From Armatimonadota bacterium (GTDB lineage Bacteria; Armatimonadota; UBA5829; DSUL01): DNA of 64,000 nucleotides. Positions 8,691-18,711 of the stretch are shown here, piece after piece. Positions within the stretch are counted from its first letter, which is position 1. The number at the start of each line of letters is the position of its first letter. The notes below the pieces were generated by a model that saw only the letters and a program-made list of their open reading frames with translations, was not told where the DNA came from and made no database searches. The position numbers were made by a program, and so were the translations under genes. Where the stretch lies: NCBI GenBank assembly GCA_039811685.1, contig JBDHZC010000001.1, positions 544,001 to 608,000 on the forward strand, read 5' to 3'.

Positions 8691-9896
8691 CTACGCCAGA
8701 CACTTCTGTATCCGGTCTACAATGGTTTCAGCGAATGAAAACGCACAGGTGAAGGCGGGCGAAACAGCGTTCAGCACGTGAAAGGAGCCGCTATCCCCTT
8801 CCAGCACGAAATCCATCACGAGTTTGCGACTGTGGCGGTCCAAAAGCTGAGCGCGAATTCCCGGACGTCCCCAGACCCGGTAGTTGGCCACATCCACACC
8901 CTCAAGCAGCCGGGCGGCCTGTGAGACGAGATAGGGACGATAGTATTTTCTAATCTCCTCCGTGGCCAGCCCTCGAAAATCAAAACCACCCCGCAACAAC
9001 AAGCCTCCAATAGAACGCGCAGCCTCACACGCCTCACTCATTCGAAAGTGATCGAACCATCCGTACTGTTGCCTCCAGAGACAGGGGATGGCAGTCGGAC
9101 CGATCTTGTGGCGGCCATCAACAGTCACTGTGAAATGGACGCCCAGAAACGGATTCCTGAGGTTTGGGACTGGATAGACGTTCGTGTGCAGCGCGTGATC
9201 TGGTTCACTGGAATAGAGAAAAAGCCCTTTGAACGGAAGTATCTGGTACTGAGCGCCGAACCCAAAGTCCCACGCGACAACGTCGGCGTAAAGCCCTGCG
9301 CAGTTCACGACGTAACCCGCGCTGAGGGGACCTCTGTCGGTCAGGATGCGGTCTTTCAGGCGCCTACTGTAGGCACAAGACGTACGCACCTCAATTCCAA
9401 GCTCGCGGCAGTCGTTGGCGAGCGATTCAACGACTGACTCTGGATCGACCGTGGCAGTATCCGGAGACCATAGCGCCCTGCCGAGCGTCTTGACGCGGGG
9501 TTCAATCTTTTTTGCCTCCTGGTCGGAGACATCTTCTAAGCAGACCCCGTTTTTCGCCCCGCGCTCCAGCAGAATCTCGAGGGAAGACAAATCTTCTTCG
9601 CTGGACGCTACTACGAGCTTGCCGCACCTGTTCAACGGAAGACCTTTAGACCGGCAGTAACTCTGCATCCGCAGATTGCCCTCTCGCGTGAGACGGGCTT
9701 TGAGAGTGTCAGAAGTGTAGTAGAAGCCCGCGTGGAGCACGCCGCTGTTGCGCCCGCTGGCGTGAGCAGCGAGACGCGCCTCCTTTTCCAGCACAAGAAC
9801 TCTCTGCTCTGGAAAACGCCGTCTGATCTCCAGAGCCGTAGTCAGACCCACGATTCCTCCACCTATAACAAGAAAATCTGTTAGCTCAAGCGCCAT
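8691..9896 (-). CDS. lhgO: L-2-hydroxyglutarate oxidase family FAD oxidoreductase
   Basis: GGGIVG, HASGRNSGVLHAGFYY, PFLGVHFT, GIRAQ, HVLNAVSPAFT. Confidence 0.9.
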   Translation of the reverse strand: MALELTDFLVIGGGIVGLTTALEIRRRFPEQRVLVLEKEARLAAHASGRNSGVLHAGFYYTSDTLKARLTREGNLRMQSYCRSKGLPLNRCGKLVVASSEEDLSSLEILLERGAKNGVCLEDVSDQEAKKIEPRVKTLGRALWSPDTATVDPESVVESLANDCRELGIEVRTSCAYSRRLKDRILTDRGPLSAGYVVNCAGLYADVVAWDFGFGAQYQILPFKGLFLYSSEPDHALHTNVYPVPNLRNPFLGVHFTVTVDGRHKIGPTAIPCLWRQQYGWFDHFRMSEACEAARSIGGLLLRGGFDFRGLATEEIRKYYRPYLVSQAARLLEGVDVANYRVWGRPGIRAQLLDRHSRKLVMDFVLEGDSGSFHVLNAVSPAFTCAFSFAETIVDRIQKCLA

Positions 9897-10127
9897 TTCT
9901 GGGGAGTTTATCACCGCAGGCCGTGCAGTTGCGTTACTCAATGACAGGTCTCTCCTGATGCGCCCGCCGAGACAGCCACTGATTTGGAGGGACAACGGTG
10001 CGTACACCTGTCGGCGGAGTGTCATAGATGACGCATTCCGCGCCGAATCAAGAAAATGGACAGGAACGCATTATCGCGCAGGGATTGACGGGCGCGCTGG
10101 ATAAACACTGTTGCTGAGGTAGTTCTA

Positions 10128-11330
10128 ATGAGTGGTTTGCGTTGGCGCTTGAGCGCCATGATGTTTCTTGAGTACGCTGTCTGGGGCGCGTGGAGCGTGG
10201 TCCTGGCCAGCTATCTGGCTGAGCTGAAGTTCACCGGCAATCAGGTCGGCGTGATCTTCAGTATTCTGCCCCTGGCCTGCGCGGTCATGCCGATTCCCTT
10301 TGGACAACTGGCAGATCGCTACTTCTCGACGGAGAGACTCCTTTTCGTCCTTTTGCTGGTCAGCGGCATATCAATGTTCTTGATGGCGCAGACGACGAAC
10401 TACGGTCAGATTGTGCTCTGGATGTCTCTGTTCTCGATCGCTTACGCGCCCACTCTGGCGTTGACCAATTCGATCTGTTTCAGAAACATGCAGGCTTCTG
10501 AAAAGGAGTTTGGCTACGTCCGCGTCTTTGGCACGATCGGATGGATCGCGGCAGGACTGGTGTTGGCGGGGTGGCGAGGGCTAGCGCCTGTGAAAGCCGA
10601 CCTGCTCTACCTGGCCGGCGTGTTTTCTATCCTTTTGGCGCTCTTCTCCTTCTTCCTCCCGCACACGCCACCGAAAAGAGAAGGCACAAATCCATTCGCC
10701 TTTCTTGAGGCGCTCCGGCTATTCAAGAATCCAAACTTTACAGTCTTTATGATCATCTCGTTTGTAGTAGGAACAGAGCTTGAGTTCTACTACATGCTCA
10801 CTTCGCCGTTCTTGAACCATCTGGGCGTGCCAGATGCGACTATTCCGGCTGTTATGACTATTGCGCAGATTGCTGAAATCGTCGTCATGGCCGGTCTGCT
10901 GCCTATCATGCTGCCGAAGATGGGCGCGCGAAAACTGCTGGCTATTGGGGTGATAGCCTGGCCGCTCCGGTATGCTATTTTTGCCGTCGGCCATCCACTC
11001 TGGCTGATTGAGGCTGCGCTGAGCCTCCACGGCATCTGCTACGTGTTCTTCTTCGTCGTTGGGTTTATTTATGTTGACCAGATTGCTCCGGTGGACATCA
11101 AAGCCTCAGCTCAGAGCTTGATCGCTATTGTAGTGCTCGGCTTTGGGCGCTTCCTTGGCAGCCGACTCGCGGGCATCACTCAGGACTGGTTCACAAGCGA
11201 CGGCATCATCCACTGGCAGCAGGTCTTTCTTGTGCCCTGCGTCCTGACTGTGCTTTGCGCCGTGGCATTTCTGTTGTTCTTCCGGGAAGAGCGCAAGATC
11301 AAATCGGCTTCAGAGGTACAACCCGCCTGA
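10128..11330 (+). CDS. MFS nucleoside:H+ symporter family (NupG/YegT-like)
   Basis: RLSAMMFLEYAVWGAW, ADRYF, RVFGTIGWI, LPHTPP; ~12 TM segments. Confidence 0.88.
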   Translation: MSGLRWRLSAMMFLEYAVWGAWSVVLASYLAELKFTGNQVGVIFSILPLACAVMPIPFGQLADRYFSTERLLFVLLLVSGISMFLMAQTTNYGQIVLWMSLFSIAYAPTLALTNSICFRNMQASEKEFGYVRVFGTIGWIAAGLVLAGWRGLAPVKADLLYLAGVFSILLALFSFFLPHTPPKREGTNPFAFLEALRLFKNPNFTVFMIISFVVGTELEFYYMLTSPFLNHLGVPDATIPAVMTIAQIAEIVVMAGLLPIMLPKMGARKLLAIGVIAWPLRYAIFAVGHPLWLIEAALSLHGICYVFFFVVGFIYVDQIAPVDIKASAQSLIAIVVLGFGRFLGSRLAGITQDWFTSDGIIHWQQVFLVPCVLTVLCAVAFLLFFREERKIKSASEVQPA

Positions 11331-11502
11331 AAATCCTGCGTCAGGCACTCAGACAACAGGAGTCAGTCTATCCGGCGCGGGCTGGCTGGTCGTCCAGGCA
11401 CAGCGCAGACGTGCGACAGCGGGGACCGCGCAGTGTGGCTACAGGCGTCGCTGTGCGGCTTGCACTGAGCTTCACAACGCATAGAAAGGGCGCGACACAC
11501 AA

Positions 11503-12072
11503 TTGGCTGAATACGTCGTCTCCGTAATGTCGCGTGACCGCGCTGGCATCGTCGCGGCCGTCTCAGGCGCAATCGTTGGACTGGGTGGAAACATCACGCA
11601 TCTCAGCCAGACCGTCCTGCGAGGCTACTTCACGATCATTCTTTCGGTCGAAAGCGAAGCTGATATAGACACTGAGGAGTTGCGCTCGGCCATTGAAAAG
11701 ACAGGAGCACCGGGTGAGTTCGAGGTGGGTGTTCTCCCGTACAAGGAGGTTGCATCCGCTCCTTCGGCAGGTACAGAGCGCTTTGTACTGACAGTGCGCT
11801 GCCGGGATCGCAAAGGAATCATCCACGATATCTCGCGCACCCTGGCTGAGCGTCACATTAATATAGACGACTTCTATGCCTACGTACGCGACGCGGAACT
11901 CATTATGATTCTGGAAATTGGCGTCGCGCCAGGCACAGAGCTCACAGCTCTGAATGCTGATATTGACGCTCTGGCGCGACGCACCAATATCAGCGCAAGT
12001 CTGCAACACGCCGACATTTTCAGAGCGACAACTGAGCTGCAGGCTGTTCTGCGGCTGGGAGACAAGCGCTAA
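11503..12072 (+). CDS. Tandem ACT-domain protein (GcvR-like)
   Basis: Two ACT repeats (DRAGIVAAVS...NI; DRKGIIHDIS...NI); TTG start. Confidence 0.85.
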   Translation: MAEYVVSVMSRDRAGIVAAVSGAIVGLGGNITHLSQTVLRGYFTIILSVESEADIDTEELRSAIEKTGAPGEFEVGVLPYKEVASAPSAGTERFVLTVRCRDRKGIIHDISRTLAERHINIDDFYAYVRDAELIMILEIGVAPGTELTALNADIDALARRTNISASLQHADIFRATTELQAVLRLGDKR

Positions 12073-13442
12073 TGCCCGGCCGCGACTGGATTCTGAGCAC
12101 AGTCGAAATGCTTCAGCACGAACATCTCGACGTTCGCGCTGTAACGATGGGCGTGGATCTGTCTGACTGCGCAGATCGCAACATCGAGACGCTGTGTCGC
12201 CTTGTCAGGGAGAAGCTCGGGCGGGTAGCAGGTGGGCTGGTGCAGGCCTGTGAGCAGGTTGCGGCCACGTACGGCATTCCCGTCGTCAACAAGCGGCTCT
12301 CGATTTCAGCGGCCTCCGCCATCACTGCGGGCCACACGCAGGATGAGTTGCTGGAGTTTGCGAGCACGCTGGACACAGCAGCCGAGGAAATCGGCATTGA
12401 CTTCATCGGCGGATTTTCCGCAATGGTGCACAAAGGCATTACTGAGGCCGATCGCACTCTCATAGAATCTCTGCCAGCCGTGCTTTCGCAGACGTCGCGG
12501 GTGTGCGCGTCCGTCAACGCCGCCTCTTCCCGCTCGGGCATCAATATGGAGGCGTTGCTGCTGCTCGGAGGCGTGATACTGGAGGCAGCTGAGAGAACTG
12601 CAGAGGCGGACGGGTTTGCCTGCTGCAAGCTATGTGTCTTCTCCAACATCCCTGAAGACAACCCGTTTATGGCAGGCGCCTACAGAGGCCCCGGAGAACC
12701 GGAAACGGTTATCAACGTTGGGGTCAGCGGTCCAGGCGTTGTCAAGCGCGCCGTGGAAAGGCTGCGCCAGAGCGGGCTATCCCTGACGCTACAGGATATT
12801 GCGGAGGAGATAAAGAACACCTCGTTTCGCGTGACCCGGACTGGCGAGCTTATCGGCCGGGAGGTGGCCCGGCTGATCGGCGCGGAGTTCGGCATTGTCG
12901 ATCTTTCTCTGGCGCCGACACCAGAGGTCGGCGACAGCGTCGGAGAGATACTGCAGGCGATGGGGATAGCGCACATTGGTGGGCCAGGTTCCACAGCAGC
13001 GCTGGCTCTGCTGACTGACGCTATCAAGAAGGGCGGAACATTTGCGTCCTCCTCCGTGGGCGGAATGTCGGGCGCATTTATCCCTGTGGCGGAAGACAGC
13101 GCCCTGGCAAACGCGGCTGCACGAGGCACACTGTCTCTGGAAGCACTGGAGGCAATGACCGCCGTCTGCTCGGTGGGTCTGGATATGGTGGCTCTCCCCG
13201 GAGACCTCAGCGCTGAGACGCTGGCGGCCATAGCGGCTGATGAGCTGGCAATCGGAGTGGTGAACAAAAAGACGACAGCCGTGCGCCTGATCCCCGTGCC
13301 GGGAAAGAAAGCGGGAGAGTGGGCCGTTTTTGGCGGTCTGTTCGGCCAGAGTCCGATCTTGGATGTGTGCCGGGACAGCGCTGAGGAGTTCGTCAGACTT
13401 GGCGGACGGATTCCGGCGCCCCTGCAGAGTCTGGTAAACTGA
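12072..13442 (+). CDS. DUF711/UPF0210 PFL-like family protein
   Basis: LDVRAVTMG, GIPVVNKR, EDNPFMAGA, DLSLAPTP, CSVGLDM; typical pairing with an ACT protein. Confidence 0.93.
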   Translation: MPGRDWILSTVEMLQHEHLDVRAVTMGVDLSDCADRNIETLCRLVREKLGRVAGGLVQACEQVAATYGIPVVNKRLSISAASAITAGHTQDELLEFASTLDTAAEEIGIDFIGGFSAMVHKGITEADRTLIESLPAVLSQTSRVCASVNAASSRSGINMEALLLLGGVILEAAERTAEADGFACCKLCVFSNIPEDNPFMAGAYRGPGEPETVINVGVSGPGVVKRAVERLRQSGLSLTLQDIAEEIKNTSFRVTRTGELIGREVARLIGAEFGIVDLSLAPTPEVGDSVGEILQAMGIAHIGGPGSTAALALLTDAIKKGGTFASSSVGGMSGAFIPVAEDSALANAAARGTLSLEALEAMTAVCSVGLDMVALPGDLSAETLAAIAADELAIGVVNKKTTAVRLIPVPGKKAGEWAVFGGLFGQSPILDVCRDSAEEFVRLGGRIPAPLQSLVN

Positions 13443-13444
13443 GT

Positions 13445-14251
13445 TCAGTGATAGGTCTGAGTCTCTCCGGGAAAAGTGGCCGGGTCGCCCAGGGCATCAA
13501 AATCAATCTGCTTGAGTGTGTAGATACCGCCTGAGCTGAGGAAGAATCCCTTTTCAACTGCGGCATTTTCAGCATCGCGGAGCAGCTTTGCGCGAAAGAC
13601 CCTATCCTCTATCGCCAGCGCAATAATCTGCTTGAGCTGGTAAGAATCCAGAGAAGTTATGGCGTCCTTGGCGTCCTCCGCTATCTCACCTCCGGGCTCC
13701 AGTTCCACAACGCGCGTAAACTCCCGGATGGCCTTGCCAAGATCGCCCTTCTGCTGAAACAAAATGGCGCGTTTGAAGTGATTGCCGGCATCCATCGGAT
13801 CCAGATGGATGAGCTCGTTGGCTGTTTGCAGCGCCTTGTCCAACTGCCCAAGCTGAAGATAGGCTACACCCAGCATATCCCTGGCGTGGACGCTTCGCGG
13901 TGAGGTCTTGATGAAGCGCTTGGCGTTGTCAATAAGCTCGTGATACTGTCCTGTTTCCAGATACAGTTGGAGCAAGAGCTCCTGGGCTTTCAGATCACGC
14001 CCAGCCAGTCCGAGAGCCTGCGTCGCCAGATCAATGGCTTCGTCCGTGCGCCCCTGTCCATGTCGAAGTGAGGCAAGCTGTGTCAGATAGACGGCGTTGG
14101 AAGGCTCTCGAGCGATCGCCCTCTCCATAAACCGGGCGGCCTCGTCCAGACGCCCTTCCTTCGCCAGATGTTCTGCCTTGCGCACTGAAGCGGCGGTACG
14201 TCTGCGCGAGGTCGAATCAATTCTTGGCGTGTTTTCACTTCTACCTGTCAT
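13445..14251 (-). CDS. TPR-repeat protein with a C-terminal NHLP-clan-like segment
   Basis: Multiple TPR helices; C-terminus QIIALAIEDRVFRAKLLRDAENA...LS. Confidence 0.8.
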   Translation of the reverse strand: MTGRSENTPRIDSTSRRRTAASVRKAEHLAKEGRLDEAARFMERAIAREPSNAVYLTQLASLRHGQGRTDEAIDLATQALGLAGRDLKAQELLLQLYLETGQYHELIDNAKRFIKTSPRSVHARDMLGVAYLQLGQLDKALQTANELIHLDPMDAGNHFKRAILFQQKGDLGKAIREFTRVVELEPGGEIAEDAKDAITSLDSYQLKQIIALAIEDRVFRAKLLRDAENAAVEKGFFLSSGGIYTLKQIDFDALGDPATFPGETQTYH

Positions 14252-14290
14252 ACAACTACCATCTGTGCAAGAATGAGCCAAATCAGATAT

Positions 14291-15328
14291 CTAAGTCAGC
14301 GGGAAGCGCACGGGCTGCCTCAGCTCACTGGACCTGTAAATCCCCAGAATGAACTCTACCGATTTGCGCGCCTCGACGCCAGTCACAAGCGGTGCGCGTT
14401 TTTGAATTATCGCGTCGGCAAAGTCTTTGATCTGAGCGCGGTGATTCTCAATGCCGATGTCTGCCGGGTTTGCAGCCGCCTGAGGATCGTCTGCCACCAG
14501 GCTCTCCGGCGGACCGGATCCGTCTTCGGTCTCCCACCGGACAATGCGCGCGCCCTCCACTAAAACGTTCCCTGTCTCACCGTGAAACTCCAAACGGTGA
14601 TCCATTCCATTATAAACCGAAGTCGTCGCTTCGATAATCCCCATCGCGCCACAAGAGTACTCGACCACCGCGCATGCCGTGTCCTCCACTTCGATTTTGC
14701 GAGCCAGATGGGCGCACCTGGCATAGACCGAAACAGGGTCTCCAGCAATCCAGCGCATCAGGTCCACACAGTGCACACCCTGATTCATAAGGGCGCCGCC
14801 TCCATCCAGCTCCCAAGTGCCGCGCCATCCAGCGCTGTCGTAGTAGGCCTGACTCCGGTAGTACTTGATATAGGCATCCGCCAGAATCAGCCTGCCAATG
14901 CTACCGCCCTGGACAGCGTCTCGCACAGCTTGCCACAGCTTTTGCGTCCGGCGCTGAAAGATGCAGCCGAGCGTCACACCCTGTCTGGCGCACACAGATA
15001 TGAGTTCGTCCATGTGGTCTAAGGTTACATCCAGAGGCTTTTCACAGAGGACGTGTTTGCCGGCCAGAGCGGCCAGCACTCCGATCTTCGCGTGGAGACC
15101 GGACGGCACGCAGACGCACACGGCGTCAATCTCAGAGTCACGCAGAAGGGCATCAACATCGTAGTACGCCCTGACGCCACCCGCATCTTTAGCCAGAGAG
15201 TCCGCTTTTTCGGGAATAACGTCACAGACTGCGACAAGTCGAGCGTGTGGGATGTCTCGAATGCTCTGCGTGTGCCAGGGCGCGATAACTCCGCAGCCAA
15301 TGACGCCAAAACCAACTGTGTTGCCCAT
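14291..15328 (-). CDS. Gfo/Idh/MocA family oxidoreductase
   Basis: GVIGCGVIA, KHVLCEKP, GGGALMNQGVHCVD. Confidence 0.95.
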   Translation of the reverse strand: MGNTVGFGVIGCGVIAPWHTQSIRDIPHARLVAVCDVIPEKADSLAKDAGGVRAYYDVDALLRDSEIDAVCVCVPSGLHAKIGVLAALAGKHVLCEKPLDVTLDHMDELISVCARQGVTLGCIFQRRTQKLWQAVRDAVQGGSIGRLILADAYIKYYRSQAYYDSAGWRGTWELDGGGALMNQGVHCVDLMRWIAGDPVSVYARCAHLARKIEVEDTACAVVEYSCGAMGIIEATTSVYNGMDHRLEFHGETGNVLVEGARIVRWETEDGSGPPESLVADDPQAAANPADIGIENHRAQIKDFADAIIQKRAPLVTGVEARKSVEFILGIYRSSELRQPVRFPLT

Positions 15329-15577
15329 AAAGCTGACCTCGCCTCTGTCCCGATGCGGTATCCTCACGTCCGAAGGTGTGGAACTGCCTGCGCGCTTCGA
15401 CCTCAGTGGTGGGGATTCCTTCGCCTTGTGAAACAGACGCGCCTGCTAAGAGTCTCCTGGGCTTTGGAGACACTCATTGCAAAGGAATCACGCCCTATCA
15501 GCCGAAAACTAAGGTGTGATCTCCCAGCGTAAGACAGCAGTTCAGTTTTTGTACGTCCACACCGGCGGGCCAGCGTC

Positions 15578-16450
15578 TTGAGCACAGCCGCGGCGTTGTT
15601 CACCGCCATGCGACCGCAGCAGTGGTCGAAGAATCTCTTTGTCTTTGCCGGCCTCATCTTCGCTGTGCGTTTCAATGACATCAGCGCGGACCTCGTCGCT
15701 CTTGCCGCCTTTTGCTGCTTTTGCGCGCTGTCCTCAGGCGTGTATCTTGTCAACGACATCGCCGACTGCGAGCGCGACCGCAAGCACCCGATCAAGCGCA
15801 ATCGGCCAATAGCCAGTGGTCAGCTTAGTGTAGCTACAGCCACTCTTGCCGCGGTCGTCCTGTGCGCGGGAGCAGTGACGGCAGGATTTCTGGTACGAAT
15901 CAGCTTCGGCGTCTTCTGCACCGGATATCTGGTGATGATGCTGGCGTACAGCTTTGCCCTCAAGCACGAGGTCATCCTGGATGTCTTCATCATCGCCGCT
16001 GGCTTCGTTATTAGGGCGCTCGCCGGAGCCTCCGCCATCAACGTGCGCGTGTCGCCGTGGCTGATTGTGTGCACCATTCTGCTTTCCCTGTTCCTCGCTC
16101 TGTGCAAGCGCCGGGCAGAGCTGATTATGCTGGACACTGGAGCGCAGAAGCACCGGCGCACTCTGGAGCACTACACAGTCGGTTTTCTGGATCAGATGAT
16201 CAGCGTAGTGACGTCTGCAACGGTCGTCTGCTATCTTCTGTATGCGTTTCAATCAGATACCGCGGCCCAGCACGGCGGGTTACTGCTCACTGTCCCTTTT
16301 GTGCTTTACGGTATGTTCCGCTATCTCTATCTGGTGTACACCAAGGATCAGGGACAGAATCCCGAGCAGATGATCCTCTCCGACCGCCCCTTGCTGGTTG
16401 ACCTGGTATTGTGGGCTGTCGTTTCCGGAGCCGTGCTCTGGAAGCTCTAG
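15578..16450 (+). CDS. UbiA-family decaprenyl-phosphate phosphoribosyltransferase-like protein
   Basis: RPQQWSKN, YLVNDIAD..RDRKHPIKRNRPIASG, KRRAE. Confidence 0.9.
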   Translation: MSTAAALFTAMRPQQWSKNLFVFAGLIFAVRFNDISADLVALAAFCCFCALSSGVYLVNDIADCERDRKHPIKRNRPIASGQLSVATATLAAVVLCAGAVTAGFLVRISFGVFCTGYLVMMLAYSFALKHEVILDVFIIAAGFVIRALAGASAINVRVSPWLIVCTILLSLFLALCKRRAELIMLDTGAQKHRRTLEHYTVGFLDQMISVVTSATVVCYLLYAFQSDTAAQHGGLLLTVPFVLYGMFRYLYLVYTKDQGQNPEQMILSDRPLLVDLVLWAVVSGAVLWKL

Positions 16451-16482
16451 CACGCAAAAGACAGCGATAAGGACAGTAGTCT

Positions 16483-17592
16483 ATGAAGATTGCCTTTGTG
16501 GGGACTCGCGGAGTACCCGCAAGCTATAGCGGATTTGAGACCTTTGTCGAAGAGCTCGGGGCCCGGCTGGCCGCCAGTGGGCATCAGGTGACTGTGTACT
16601 GCCGGTCACACCATATCACCTACGCTGGGGACAGCTACCGCGGGATGCGTCTGGTGAAGCTGCCCACCATCACCAACAAGTACCTGGATACACTCGTGCA
16701 CAGCAAGCTATCCATGTATCACGCGCTCTATTGCGTGCGTCCAGATGTCATTTACGTCTGTGGCCAGGGTAACGCTGTGACACTGCTTCTTCCGCGTATG
16801 GCAGGCACGCCCACAGTTATCAATGTGGATGGCCCGGACTGGGAACGCCAGAAATGGAACCGCTTTGCGCGCTGGTTCTTGAAGTCCTCTGAGAGAGTCG
16901 CCGTGAAACTGGCAGATATTGTCATCGCAGATTCCAGAGAAGTGCAGCGCTACTACCGCAGCCACTACAACGCTGATACAACCTATATCGCCTACGGAGC
17001 AGACGTCCCTGAGCAGCGCCCGGGGACAGAAACGCTGGAAAAGTATGGACTGAAAGACAGGGAATACTTCCTCTTTGTTGGCAGGCTCGTCCCGGAGAAC
17101 TGCGCTCACCATCTGGTGGAGGCGTTTGAACATCTACAAACAGACAAGAAGTGCGTGATCGTAGGAGACGCGCCGTACGCCGAGGAATACAAAGCGCATC
17201 TGAAGCTCACTTCCAATCCAAACGTTGTTTTCACAGGCTACGTCTTTGGAGACGGATACCGTGAACTGAGCAGCCACGCGTACGTTCACTGTCTGACCAG
17301 TGAAGTCGGCGGGACTCATCCGGCTCTGGTGGAAGCGATGGCCTTTGGAAATTGTGTCGTTGTCAACGATATTCCCACAAATCTGGAGACGATTGGAGAG
17401 GCGGGACTCTCCTACAGCGGAAAAGCTGGAGCCGATTCCTTACGCAACGTCCTGCAATGGACGCTGGAACATCATGAAGAAGTGCAGAGCCTGCGGGAGA
17501 AAGCGCGCGCGCGTGTCTTGAGTGAGTACTCGTGGGAAGTGATCACACAGCGGTATGAAGAGCTATTCCGCGAGATGACCGGACAGCACTAA
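16483..17592 (+). CDS. GT4 glycosyltransferase (DUF1972/RgpA-like)
   Basis: GTRGVPASYSGFETFVE, NVDGPDW...KW, VGRLVPEN, GGTHPALVEAMA. Confidence 0.92.
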   Translation: MKIAFVGTRGVPASYSGFETFVEELGARLAASGHQVTVYCRSHHITYAGDSYRGMRLVKLPTITNKYLDTLVHSKLSMYHALYCVRPDVIYVCGQGNAVTLLLPRMAGTPTVINVDGPDWERQKWNRFARWFLKSSERVAVKLADIVIADSREVQRYYRSHYNADTTYIAYGADVPEQRPGTETLEKYGLKDREYFLFVGRLVPENCAHHLVEAFEHLQTDKKCVIVGDAPYAEEYKAHLKLTSNPNVVFTGYVFGDGYRELSSHAYVHCLTSEVGGTHPALVEAMAFGNCVVVNDIPTNLETIGEAGLSYSGKAGADSLRNVLQWTLEHHEEVQSLREKARARVLSEYSWEVITQRYEELFREMTGQH

Positions 17593-17596
17593 GGCT

Positions 17597-18364
17597 TCAG
17601 AACCCGAGCAGCGTTCCAACATCAGAGTCAGTCTGAATGTCGAATTGCTTCTCGATACCGTAGCGATCGCAGATTTGCTGCAGTTGACGGTCGGAGGCGC
17701 GCAGTTGCCTGTCAACGTTCATCTGGGAGCTTCCCCGCAGGCTCAACAGGGCGGAAATATCTCCATTGCTCATCGCCACCTGAATGGTGCTCATCACCTG
17801 TACATAGGATGCCAGCGCCTGACCGTAGGTGTTGGCAAGCTCAGCGCATGGTTGAGGCGGTGGCAACGCCTGAAAGTACCGGATCAGATTCTGCCAGTTT
17901 CGTATGTACTTTGAGTATCCCTGCTGGAGGTCACGCTGGGCGCTCTGATCGTCTTCGTCTCCAAGTCCAAGCTGCACGCTGTAAGCTGATTTCAGCATCT
18001 GCAGCGCGGGATTTACGTCGTCGCGCATACCCTGCCGGTACGCTTCCACGCGCTTCAGGTGTTCCAGATAGCGGACAACGTCCGCCGGAGGTTGCGCTGC
18101 CGGTTGGGGTTCATCGGGTTTTGGCTTCGGTGTTTGAACAATCGCGGGCGCCAGAGGCGGTGGCTCCCTGTTTGTAGTCACGACAGGCGCCCCCTTCAGC
18201 GCTGGAGGCGGTGTGGCTTCAATGACCTTTTTGCCAGAAAACAGATGCGCGAGAATCAGTCCGATCGCAGCTAGGATAAAGAGCGCGATAATCGCGATAA
18301 TCAGGGGGCGCTGTGACCTTTTGACAACCGGACGTCGTTCTGTAGCTGTGTGTTCAACAGGCAT
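17597..18364 (-). CDS. Membrane-anchored hypothetical protein with a Pro-rich linker
   Basis: Single N-terminal TM, Pro-rich region, helical C-terminal domain. Confidence 0.75.
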   Translation of the reverse strand: MPVEHTATERRPVVKRSQRPLIIAIIALFILAAIGLILAHLFSGKKVIEATPPPALKGAPVVTTNREPPPLAPAIVQTPKPKPDEPQPAAQPPADVVRYLEHLKRVEAYRQGMRDDVNPALQMLKSAYSVQLGLGDEDDQSAQRDLQQGYSKYIRNWQNLIRYFQALPPPQPCAELANTYGQALASYVQVMSTIQVAMSNGDISALLSLRGSSQMNVDRQLRASDRQLQQICDRYGIEKQFDIQTDSDVGTLLGF

Positions 18365-18513
18365 AAAAGTCTCCAGACGATCGGTGTACTCTTGCAGGCT
18401 ATCACAAGGCGTCAGACGCGTCAACGCTGCGGGCTGTCCAGATGTGCCGGGCGTCGGCGGCCTTCATGCAGCCTCAGAAAGCGTATCTGAAAGAGGGCTG
18501 CAGCGCGGATAAA

Positions 18514-18591
18514 TGGGGCGAGTGAGGAGACTTGAACTCCCGGCCTCCAGGGCCACAACCTGGCGCTCTAACCGACTGAGCTACACCCGCC
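18514..18591 (-). tRNA. tRNA-His (GTG)
   Basis: G(-1)GCGGGTG...CCAGG-TT-GTG-GC-CCTGG...TTCAAGT...CACTCGC-C-CCA. Confidence 0.97.
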
Positions 18592-18711
18592 GCAGCGTGC
18601 GTCTGGGGACGCACCGCTTTATTATATCAACAGGCGGCGCCATTCACCACAACGCTGAAGTCAGTGTCAGTTTCCTTCTTGTCTCATCACAAAGACGTGA
18701 GGCCAAGGATG

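Noticed and set aside
11398..11456. GCACAGCG/CGCTGTGC hairpin between the MFS and ACT genes
   Set aside because: Short GC-rich stem without recognisable riboswitch or terminator features; could be chance
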